DNA of 64,000 bases from NCBI GenBank assembly GCA_036630325.1, contig CP142728.1, forward strand, positions 558,001 through 622,000, given 5' to 3'. Position 1 is the first letter of the stretch; the number at the start of each line of letters is the position of its first letter. The DNA is from Vairimorpha necatrix (lineage: Eukaryota). The position numbers and the translations under genes were made by a program. This document shows positions 11,175 through 21,740 of this stretch, one piece after another. The notes beneath the pieces were generated by a model. The model did no database searches. It saw only the letters and a list, made by a program, of their open reading frames with translations, and had not been told where the DNA came from.

Positions 11175-11887
11175 CTAACTTTGGGGTAACAATATATGTT
11201 TTTTTTTTAGTAATATTGAAAAATTCACTTTATATTTTGTAAAAATTAATATGTCAAATATGCCCCTTAACCTACTATTCTTTTTACTTTAGCTTTATTA
11301 ATTATGTACAATGTCAAAAGTCCAAGAAATAACAAAAAAATTACATTGCATGCGACACATGCAAATCAATGGCGATAACAATATCATTATAGAATAGAAA
11401 CCATTCGTAAACTTATTTCTCGTTTTTCTGTAACCTCAAATAATTTATTTAATATATTATTTAAAAAAAGCCATTAAGAAACAAGCATGTATATAAATTT
11501 AATAAATTTTAACTACTTAGATCAAGTCTCAAGCCTGATAATAACATTGCTTAATTTTCATAGAAGTCAATTATTTTTATATTTATAAATTTCAATATAT
11601 TCTTAAAGTATATTATTTAATTAGTACTAATCAACGAACCAATTTTTACATATTTTAAAAAATTTAGATATGTATGTATTTTATAAAATTAAACTCCTAT
11701 GTCTTGAGAAAATCATTGTTGCACTATATAGCGTTCTAATTTATGTAAAAAAACATTAATATTTATTTATTAGTTTGGTTTTCTACTAATATATGCTCAT
11801 TATAGTTTAAGAATCACAAAAGTTCGGAACAATAAAAAAAAACTTCATAAATAGCTGCAAGTGTTTTCAACTAACAATATAATTTAA

Positions 11888-14800
11888 TGTGATATATTTG
11901 TATAATTTCTATCCCCCATTATGATAAATAAAGACATGGGGGCGATACCGAATCGTCAGTTTACAAGTGTGGACTGTGGTCTAGAGGCCAAAAAGTTATT
12001 AAAAGAAGTTAGAAGAATAATGTATAGGTTGGAGATGGAGGAAATAGAAATCAGTTTGTGGAAGCAGAGAATATTTATGGAAGGAAGTGAAGAAATAAAA
12101 AATTTCATGGTAGAAAGAATTAGTAAAGAGGACGAATATTATAAAATAATTGAGAAATTAGAGGAGGAAATATGTAGAGAAGAAAGAACTAAAAAAGAAG
12201 AAGAAAATAAGAGAGAACTTATGGAGGTCATAGCTGAGAATGTTAGAGAAACTGTGAGAAAAGAAAATCAAGAGCAAGATTTAGTTTTAAGGAATACAGT
12301 ACAAGAAATAAGAAATAATAGGAATTGTTTTAATTGTGGTAAATTTGGCCATATGGCTAGGAACTGCTATGTAGGAAGGAACAATAATCAGGAAAATAAT
12401 AAAAAGTTTAATAAGTACTTAAATTTAGACGAAAACCAAAGTTGTAGTAGCAGTAATGATAATAAAGAATATAAACCAAGTGGAAAGACAAAACGAGTTA
12501 AGTTAAAGGAATGTAATAATAGTGAAAGAAGACATAAAGAAAGAATATATGCGAGCAATAAAGAGACGAAAAGAAGATTACTAAAGAGGGCATTTACGTT
12601 GGAAGATCTCAAAGCGGAATATGAAGAAGTTTTTAAACAAGGAGATGAGGTTATAAGTTATTGTACATTAGAGAAGTGTAAGATAGATACTCCAGAGGGT
12701 AAGAAGATAGTCAGAAAGGGACAGACGATCCCACAGGCTTTGATCAAACAGACTGAGGAATATATTAATGATTTAGAAAATAGAAAAATTATAAGAAGAT
12801 CGTCTTCGGAATGGCGAAACCCAATAAGAGCGATACTTAAACCAAGTGGTGAAGTAAGAGTAGTTAGTAATTTTATAGGGTTGAATGATTTAGTCGAGAA
12901 AGACCCGTATGAGCTAACGAATATGAGAGAAATAATAAGAGCTACGCAAGGGTCGATAATATTTACTGTTGTTGATTGCAAAGAAGCATTTTACCATTTT
13001 GAAATCGAAGAAAAAGATAAACATAAGACGGCGTTTGAATTTAATAAAAAAGTTTACGAATGGAATAGTATGGTGATGGGATACAAAAATTCCCCACAGA
13101 TACTACAGAGAACGATGAATATGATTTTTTAAGATTTGCGAGGAAATGGTGTTGAGGTATACATGGACGATATAGTAATACATGCCAACAATAAACGTAA
13201 ACACGATGAATTAGTAATAGAGGTTTTAGAAAGAATTAAGAGAAATAAAATGAAATTAAATATTGGGAAAATACAGTTTAGACAAGCGGAAGTAAAATTA
13301 TTAGGTGTGACGCTGAATGGAATAGACATGACGGCCGACGAAATAAAGAAAAATGAAGTCTTGGAGTATCCGGATCCAAAAACTTTGACGGAATTGAGGA
13401 GGTTTCTAGGATTGACTGGATGGTTCAGACCATTTATAAAAGATTATGCCGGGCTGACGTTGAAAATGACAGATAGTTTGAAGAAAAATGGCAATTCGTG
13501 GAAATTTACGGAAGAGATGAAAGAGGAATTTACTAAAATGAAAAATATGTTAAGAAATATGGGAAGACTAAGGTTACCGGACTATAATAAGGAGTTCATA
13601 CTAAGAACAGACGCTAGCAATTTGAGATTAGGTGCGGTGTTACTTCAGAAGAATGAGAATGGGGAATGGGTTGCTATACAATGGGCATCTAAAAAGCTAA
13701 CACCTACCGAAATAAGATATGGAATATCAGAAAAGGAAATGCTTGCGATATATTGGGGCATTGATAAATTTAAATACGAGTTAAGAGGTAGGAAATTCAA
13801 GATAGAAACGGATCACAAAGCACTGGTGGAGATAAGAAATAAACCGTTTTTTAATAATAACAGAATAAATCGCTTAATTGAGAAGATACAGGAATATGAT
13901 TTTATCGTGGAATATAAAAAACCTGATGAGATGGTGGTAGCAGATGCGTTGAGTCGAATAAATATGGAAGAGGATATTAAAGAAATGAAAAATAAAGAGC
14001 GAACAATCAAGCAAACAGAAGGTAAATGGAAAGCACATGTTTCTTCCGAGAATGAAAGGCAATATTGGCAATTTGACTCAGGACGTAAAGTTGAAATACC
14101 ACCTGAGAATATAAGGAGACAATTAATCCAAGAATATCATGAAAAAGTAGGCCACAGATGCATGACAAGTGTTTATTATGCAACGAGAGAAGAATACTAT
14201 TGGCCAGGAGTAAAGAAAGAAATAAACGAGGTTATAAAACAGTGTCAGAAATGTCAGATATATAACAGGAAAAATATGGGTGGTTGTGAATTTGTAGATA
14301 CGTCGAGATACTTAGAGAAGGTTGCATTAGATTTGATAGACTTTAGAAATGAGAAGAAATATGTTTTAGTTGCTATCGATTATTTTACACGTAGAGTATG
14401 GGGAGTAGTTATAAATAACAAGTCAAGTAATAATGTTGTTGGATTTTTGAAAAGATTATGTGAGCAAGGGAAGAAACCAGAAGAAATTATTACAGATAAC
14501 GGGAAAGAGTTTATTAACGTGGAATTTAGAAAATTTTGTAGAGATCTCGATATAATACACCGACAAGTAAGTATAGAAGCGCATAGAAGTAACGGAAGAG
14601 TAGAGCGTGTTATAGGAACTTTGAGAGAAAGTATTTTAAAGTCGGATGCGAAAACTTTTGAAGGTAAAGTGTATAAAAGTATCGATGTATATAATTAGAG
14701 CTATCATACGGGAATAAAATGTACACCATTAGAAGCGACTGAAGATAAAACTGGAGACGTAATGCTTGAAAATAGCCCTATAGGGAAATATTGTAATAGG

Positions 14801-15105
14801 TTTGGAAAAGGAAAGATCGAAAAATTTAGCAAAGGTCAATTGGTAAGAATAGCTAAACGAGAAAATTTGGCAGGTGTTAATAAGTATGAAAAAGGAAGAT
14901 TTTTGGATACAGGAAAAATTGTTGAAAAGTGTGGAAAGGATTCTTATATTGTAAAACTTAGTAATGGTAGGCTTGTGAAGAAGAGACATTATGATCTGAA
15001 GGGTATGCTTGGGGTAGATGTGAAAATTAGATGAGACTAACCGTCTTGAGGGGGGATGTGATATATTTGTATAATTTCTATCCCCCATTATGATAAATAA
15101 AGACA
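11888..15105 (+). mobile_element. Ty3/gypsy LTR retrotransposon 1 with identical 49-bp LTRs; Gag-Pol carries two in-frame stops
   Basis: Identical TG..CA LTRs at 11888-11936 and 15057-15105, TSD TTTAA, PBS TGGGGGC, PPT GAGGGGGGA. CCHC knuckle, RT YMDD, RNase H TDAS and integrase lie in one frame (11921-15034) with stops at 13130 and 14696. Empty site in the right arm near 49611-49615. Confidence 0.96.
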
Positions 15106-15303
15106 TTTAATATCAATATGGCTTATATTCGGATTAAATTTTTGGTCAGTTAAACGCCGCAGACCACTAATCGCCTCTTGAAATGTTTTTGTTTTGCATT
15201 GCCGCATAAAATTTTTTTTAAATCTTACAATTTTAGAAAATAAAACATACAAAAACTTAAAAATAATTTACATTGATTTTTGAGCTGATCTAAAGTTATT
15301 ATA

Positions 15304-15538
15304 TGTCAAGGGACAGCTCTCCAGTGGTCCTCAGATGGCCCTGGAGACTAGAGAATACTATTAAGTAGATATTCTCCTCCTTTGTATTATTCATGTTTTA
15401 GGCGGGAAAATGTACCAGATTTTCCCGCCCATAAACATAAAAGAAAATCATCCTCAGAAGGGTATGAAGATGAGAAAGATGAATAAACAATTTATTAGTA
15501 AACCTTCTTCACAGCCGTTGGATAAACAACAGTCCACA
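15304..15538. mobile_element. Solo LTR (235 bp) of an unrelated family
   Basis: TGT...ACA termini, 5-bp TSD TTATA (15299-15303, 15539-15543), and absent from the right arm (empty site ~49419-49423). Confidence 0.85.
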
Positions 15539-16041
15539 TTATATATCCAAGAAATAAAACATTAGTTGCAATTGTTATAAAAACTTACAACTCATACTAT
15601 GTAAGCCAATTGTGTCACACTTTAAAAATAAGAAACTTAACTAGTACCGCCTATTGGCAATGTTCTTAGTGTAATAAAACTAAGTGAATGTACTTAATGG
15701 TTACAGACCCATAATCGATTAATATATAATCTTCTTGTGCGCTTAATTTAATTTTTGTACAAATTAAAAAAAAACATTTAAATCTTTGTTTGTTGATTTT
15801 ATTTAACTGAAATATGTTATACTAGACAAAATATTTAAAGCTTTAATTCAATAAGGCAATTTATATATATTAAATTTATTATTTAAAAACAAACTTATAT
15901 AAATTTCTATGATCTATAAGAATTATTAATTGTAACATTTTTTACTCGTTTTTTTTGAATTTATATTTATTTTAACATATATAAATTTAACGTTTTTCAT
16001 TAATGTAAAAAATTATTTTTTATTTTATATTTTTACCCCTA

Positions 16042-16239
16042 ATGGTTTCAATCACAAAAGGTTATTTAGTAAAAACTGAGCCAAGTATTAAAGAAGTCAT
16101 TTGCTCAATTGGAGAAAATGAAAATTTTATTATTGAAAATATTAATGATTTTCTTGTATTTATTACTGAAGATGGAGCTGTTGGTCTTAAATCACGAGTT
16201 GAAGGAATTTTGAATCGTGCGTACAAAGAATTAAAATAA
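16042..16239 (+). CDS. TFB5: TFIIH subunit TFB5/p8 (left copy)
   Basis: 65 aa; KGYLVKTEPSIK...FIIENIND..VFI matches the Tfb5 pattern. CCCC precedes the ATG. Confidence 0.85.
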   Translation: MVSITKGYLVKTEPSIKEVICSIGENENFIIENINDFLVFITEDGAVGLKSRVEGILNRAYKELK

Positions 16240-16269
16240 AATGTTATGTTTTTTTTTATCCCATAAAAA

Positions 16270-17495
16270 ATGAAAGAAAATTTCTATAATAAAAAAAATT
16301 TAAAGTACTTGAATATGATTAGAGGAGATAAACCAATAAGAAATTCAAGAGCTGAAATTATAAAACCAGCAGAATTTCAAAAATCTAAAGCAAAGACTGG
16401 TAGAATTCATCCAGATAGAAAATGGTTTAGAGCCAGTAAAACAGTTTCTCAATTAGATCTTGAAAAATTTAGAGAGGCGTCAAAAATTGAAACACCATAC
16501 AATGTGCTTCTTAAGACTGGTAATGTTCCATATTCACTTCTTGCAGAAAATAAAAAGAAAAAAAATACAGTTGAATATGACAGCATTTTTGGAAAGAAAG
16601 CAATAAGAAAAAAACCAAAGTTGTTAGTAACAAGCTTAGAAGAAATGGCTAAAAGCAAAAATGAAGTAATAGCCGAAAAAAAAGAAATTAAAAAAGATGC
16701 TGTCAAAGGACAAAGTACTGAATTTGGAAAGAGCTATATAAAGTTTTAGATAGCAGTGATGTTATTATTCATGTTTTAGATGCGAGAGATCCACTTGGTA
16801 CAATGTGTGAGAAGATTTCAACATATATAAAAGAAGAAGCCCCACATAAACATTTAATTTACCTACTAAATAAAGTAGATTTGGTTCCGACAGGAGTGAC
16901 TGCCAAATGGCTAAAATATTTTTCCAATAAACACACCACTTTGGCTTATCACGCACAGTCTTTGGAAAATAATTTTGGTAAGACAAATTTAATAAATATT
17001 TTGAGACAGCTTGATAACTTGTATAATAAAAAACATACAAGCGTAGGGTTTGTAGGGTATCCAAATAGTGGGAAAAGTAGTATAATTAATTCACTTAGAA
17101 ATAAACATGTATGTAATGTGGCACCTGTACCTGGCGAGACAAAAGTTTGGCAATACATTACTTTGACCCGTAGCATTTATTTGATAGACTGCCCGGGAGT
17201 CGTCCCAATTCCTGATTTTGAACAGGCTGTTTTTAGGGGGGCTATTCGTATAGAAAATCTTGAGAATCCAGAATATTACGTAGAATTATTAGCAAATAAA
17301 TATAAAACAGAAATATCTAAATTATACAGAATTGAATTTAGAGACATAGAAGATTTATTTCAAAAATTTTCAGTGAAATATGGTAAGATTACAAAAGGTA
17401 ATAGACCTTATGTTGATTTAATTAGTAAGACGATTTTACATGATTGGAATAGAGGAAAAATTTCATATTTTAATTTACCTCCAACTGAAGAATAA
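16270..17495 (+). pseudogene. NOG2: Nucleolar GTPase NOG2, frameshifted left copy
   Basis: 1-nt deletion at ~16720 (AGTACTGAA vs AGTACTAGAA in the right arm), not in a homopolymer. NGP1NT-like N-terminus, NKVD, GYPNSGKS and DCPG motifs are present. Confidence 0.85.
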
Positions 17496-17589
17496 AAAAT
17501 AAATTAAAAACGATATTAATTATTTTTAAATGAATTTTTTTATTTGAGAATGTTTACATTGTTATTATAAATTATTGTTTTTTATACCC

Positions 17590-18144
17590 ATGGGCAACAG
17601 ATCGAGCACTTTAAAAAACTTCGACTTAGACGACTCAAAAAAATTTTCTCATTTTCCTTCAAAAGATGTACAAGAATGGTCAAATGAATTTAGGACAAGA
17701 TTTCCAAATGGAAAAATGACATTGCAAGATTTAGAAATGATGTTTAGAAGATTTTTTCCTTTTGGATCTCCCAAGAAATTTGTATTAAGATTATTCAATA
17801 CAATTAATATAAGTCAATCAGATAATATTGACTTTCATGAACTTTTAATTGCTTTCAGTATTTTAATGAAAGGCAGCAATTTCGAAAAATTGAGATGGAT
17901 TTTCCGGTTTTATGACGAGGATAGTGACGGGGTCATTTCCAAAAACGAGATAGTTAATATTGCACAATCAATGATGGACATGGTTAGTAACACTCTTGAC
18001 GCACATATTGACATAGAAAAGGCTATTGATGAGCTTTTTGAATGTTGTGATAATAAAAGTGGATTTTTTACATTTGAAGATTTTAAAGAATTGGCCGCAA
18101 GAAAAAAAGAAGCTTTTCAGATGCTTACACTTTTTATTGATTAG
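17590..18144 (+). CDS. FRQ1: Frequenin/NCS-1-like EF-hand calcium sensor (left copy)
   Basis: MGNRSS myristoylation motif after CCC-ATG, FFPFGSPKKF, and KLRWIFRFYDEDSDGVISKNE EF-hand. Confidence 0.85.
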   Translation: MGNRSSTLKNFDLDDSKKFSHFPSKDVQEWSNEFRTRFPNGKMTLQDLEMMFRRFFPFGSPKKFVLRLFNTINISQSDNIDFHELLIAFSILMKGSNFEKLRWIFRFYDEDSDGVISKNEIVNIAQSMMDMVSNTLDAHIDIEKAIDELFECCDNKSGFFTFEDFKELAARKKEAFQMLTLFID

Positions 18145-18311
18145 ATTGTAATACAATACAAATTTTTAAAAACCTAACTGTAATTAATAAACAATTTATC
18201 AAATTTTACTAATAATTGTAGTTTAAAAAAATATAAAACATTTCATTTATCAAATATTAAAAAATTGCTTTGTTTTTGTAGACTATAAAAAAATCAAAAT
18301 TGTTATTGTTT

Positions 18312-19283
18312 ATGTCAACAATAGAGAATAATGATATACGCGAAGTTTCGGATTTTATATTTCCCGAATTTAAAGTTCATGATGAAGGAGTAGTAACTCA
18401 ACACTGGCAACTTAAAGATATGCTAAAGATCCATAATGGAAATTTAATATTTCCACAATCAAATAAGGTGTATTCTTATGATCCTAAAACAAGAACAAAA
18501 CTCCTTTTATCGGAAGATTTATCGTTTCCCCCAGCTTCTTTGTGTGTTGAAGAAGATTTTCTTGCAATAGGCGGAGGAAAAGGACAGTTATACGTCAAAA
18601 ATTTAATTAATAACGAAACGAAATATTATTTTTTAAGTGATAATATCAATAACCATATATCAATTCACGACAAAAAAATTTATGCGTCGAATAATGATCG
18701 AAAATTAAGAATTCTATCTGTAGAAAATGATTCAGTACAAACTATTGATTTTATTAGCCAAATAAATCATACAAGTGTGAGTCCTGATGGAAAATATCTT
18801 ATAATGGTAGGAGATTCGAATGATGTATTTTTATACGTAATCGAAAATTCAAATTATAGATTCTTAAAGAAACTGAAGACCATTAATGACAGTGGCTTTA
18901 GTGTTGCTTGGAATAATTTCTCAAATAAGTTTGCTGTTGCGTCGCAAGATGGATTTGTTAGTGTTTGGGATTTGAGATCGGACGAAAAGTCATATATTTT
19001 AAGAAGTAAACAACAAGGAACTCATAAAGGAGCAGTTCGAAATGTCTTCTTCAGTATTAAAAAGTCATTAGATTTGATATTTTTCACTGAACAATCTTCT
19101 TACCTATCAATATTTGATGCTAGAAGTTTCGAAAAACGTCAATTAGTAAATCTAGGAGATGATGTGCAAATAACAGGAGCAACAATCTCAGAAGAAGACT
19201 TTAAAATATTTGTATCTTCTGAACATAAAATTTATGAATATGATATAAACACAATATCAAGAAGAATATTTGATACAAAATAA
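18312..19283 (+). CDS. WD40-repeat protein (DUF2415-type) (left copy)
   Basis: HWQLKD N-terminal motif, SPDGKY, FSVAWN...FAVASQDGFVSVWD, GAVRNVFFS and FFTEQ. Confidence 0.8.
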   Translation: MSTIENNDIREVSDFIFPEFKVHDEGVVTQHWQLKDMLKIHNGNLIFPQSNKVYSYDPKTRTKLLLSEDLSFPPASLCVEEDFLAIGGGKGQLYVKNLINNETKYYFLSDNINNHISIHDKKIYASNNDRKLRILSVENDSVQTIDFISQINHTSVSPDGKYLIMVGDSNDVFLYVIENSNYRFLKKLKTINDSGFSVAWNNFSNKFAVASQDGFVSVWDLRSDEKSYILRSKQQGTHKGAVRNVFFSIKKSLDLIFFTEQSSYLSIFDARSFEKRQLVNLGDDVQITGATISEEDFKIFVSSEHKIYEYDINTISRRIFDTK

Positions 19284-19938
19284 AAAATCGATAAATATTA
19301 TGCCTTTTTAATAAAAACTATACAATTAGTTCGTTAACAAACTCAAAATCTGAAGATGTATTTTTTCTAATAAATTTATAATTTTTGACGACAAATTAAG
19401 TCATCGAATTTTTAATATATGTTAAACACAACTCTTAAATACATGAAAAGCGAATTTGACTAATTTAATTTAACCTTAAAATTTCATAATATTTTTTATA
19501 CGATTAAATCAAGCTCGGGGTTTTTTCAATATTGATAGTCGACAACTATAATACTAAAATCTTACATATGACACATTTTTATCATTGAGAACATATCAAT
19601 TTAAAAATATGACCAACATTCTCACATACAAATGAATAAACTAATTTATATGCGATTTTTTGATATAAATGCTATCTACATTGATTTAATCTGCTTATTT
19701 TTGAAAATAAAATATTTTTATAAATTTTTTACAATTTTAAAACAGATAAGTTTGGGGATTTCACTTTTAAATTGATTATTTACAGGTAAAATATTTTTCA
19801 TATTATTTATTGGTAAAAGGCCTAAATATATTAGTATATGTAAATATATACGATTAAAAAACATCGAAATTTTATACTTCAAGAATATTGTACATATGTA
19901 AAAATGTTTAGTAAAAAAAATTATATAAAATAATTTGA

Positions 19939-20664
19939 TTATTTATTTTTAATTAACCAACAGAAACTCGTTCCACAAGGTCGTTTTCCTATCGATTCGG
20001 GAGTAACTTGTTCTTGAACAGATGGTTTAATTGTCTTAGTATGACTTAGGGAAATATTTGACAGATCGAGTAAATAATGATCATCAGTGTATAAGTTATT
20101 CAATAAAATTAAAAGCTTTTTATATCCCTCGGGATTAAATAATTGGACAATTGTCTTTTCGCAATCTTTATCCAGTTTTACATCTAAACTTTTAATTATT
20201 TGATCATTGATGATATTAATGTTCTTTTTATATATATTGAAAGTTTCTACATTGGATAATTTGAATATCAAATTATAACTATGATAAGCCAAGGATTCCA
20301 AGAAAGATAATGGATGCGAGCATTTGGCATCATATGACTTCCCTGAGCTAAACTCGTTTAAATATTGCTTAAAAACAACAATTAAAAGTCTTAATATCCC
20401 ACTTTTATTAGACTTATCTTTGTTAGATACCAAACTATCGGTCCTTTTCCTTATTTCTAAATTTCCTCTTAAAATCAAGAAAAAATCCTTCACTATCTTA
20501 TGATAATGATCTAGATAAAGTTCTTGGCATACTTTCTCTGGTATATCATCAAAATTTAATTTTTGAATTAAACTAGACGAATAGTAAATTTTTTCATTGG
20601 TCCTGGGTTTTCTGATATTAAAATCAGAACATACGTGTAATATTAAATATAATAAGAAATACAT
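19939..20664 (-). CDS. Putative secreted protein, local family member A (left copy)
   Basis: Signal-peptide-like N-terminus. Shared DHY.K, FKQYL, ESLAYHSY and C...IVQLFN motifs. Confidence 0.75.
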   Translation of the reverse strand: MYFLLYLILHVCSDFNIRKPRTNEKIYYSSSLIQKLNFDDIPEKVCQELYLDHYHKIVKDFFLILRGNLEIRKRTDSLVSNKDKSNKSGILRLLIVVFKQYLNEFSSGKSYDAKCSHPLSFLESLAYHSYNLIFKLSNVETFNIYKKNINIINDQIIKSLDVKLDKDCEKTIVQLFNPEGYKKLLILLNNLYTDDHYLLDLSNISLSHTKTIKPSVQEQVTPESIGKRPCGTSFCWLIKNK

Positions 20665-21020
20665 AAGGGTAAGATCAATTTAAATTAAATAACGATTTTT
20701 ATTTAGTATGACATAGTTTAAACAAAGAGTTTTTAAAACAAAACATGAATCCCGTTATTACAACCATATTTTTTTAAACAAATTAGTAGTATTAAGAAGC
20801 AAATAAAGCTTTAGTAACGATTTTATGTATAATATATCTTTTTATTCAAATTCTTAACTATTATACTAAATCAATCTTTTGTTATGAAATGTTTTAGAAA
20901 TGACTAGTAATTTTTTGATTATATATTTTAAATTAAATTGATTATAAACAAATTATGAGAATTATAATCTAAAGTAAAACTTATAATATTACATATATAA
21001 TTTTTGAACATAAATATTTA

Positions 21021-21740
21021 TTAAACTCCTAATTTTCTAAAACGATGATGTCTTTGGGGAGGAAGAGTAGAAGGTCCTATGTATTCTACTTTAACATAAT
21101 CAAACACAAATGGTTTTTTCGTTGTAGTATGCCGCGGTAAAGCATATCTTATTCCTCTTGATATTTGATTGTTAGCATTAATTTCATTCAAAATTGCAAA
21201 AATTTTCTGATATTCCACAGTGTTAAATAATACTTCAATTATATTATCACAGTCCATAGCATATTTTATGTCTATGCTTTTAATTATATGTTTTATAATA
21301 TTGTCTCTGTGTTTTTTATATTTATTAATATTTTTTAAATCTGATAATCTTAATATTGTTTTGTAACTATGGTATGCCAAAGATTCAAAAAAAGTATACG
21401 TAAATGAACATATTGGATCATATTTTTTACCTAGTATAAAATCTTGTAATTCTTGTTTAAAATGTATTAATAAAACTACCAGAGAAACACTTTTAGAAAT
21501 ATTTCCATTTTTAGATATTAAATCATCAATTCTTCTTTTTATTTCAGGATGTTCGCTTATAGCTGAAAAGTAATCACCAACTACTTTATTATAATGTTTA
21601 ATGTTTTTATATTGAAACAAATTCAGAGGTAAATCGTCGAAGTTATTTTTAACATTCAATGTTGGATTTTGAATCGAAATATTTGCGTTAATATGTGTAA
21701 TAGTGCAAGCATAAAAAATAAAATGTACCAAAATAAACAT
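21021..21740 (-). CDS. Putative secreted protein, local family member B (left copy)
   Basis: CCC-proximal ATG at 21740 (MFILVHF...) and the same family motifs. Confidence 0.75.
   Translation of the reverse strand: MFILVHFIFYACTITHINANISIQNPTLNVKNNFDDLPLNLFQYKNIKHYNKVVGDYFSAISEHPEIKRRIDDLISKNGNISKSVSLVVLLIHFKQELQDFILGKKYDPICSFTYTFFESLAYHSYKTILRLSDLKNINKYKKHRDNIIKHIIKSIDIKYAMDCDNIIEVLFNTVEYQKIFAILNEINANNQISRGIRYALPRHTTTKKPFVFDYVKVEYIGPSTLPPQRHHRFRKLGV

Noticed and set aside
4119-17495. Functional clustering of DNA-repair (NSE1-like, RAD2, TFB5) and ribosome-biogenesis (NOP56, NOG2) genes
   Set aside because: These categories are common in a reduced genome, so co-location is plausibly chance; no shared regulatory motif was seen.
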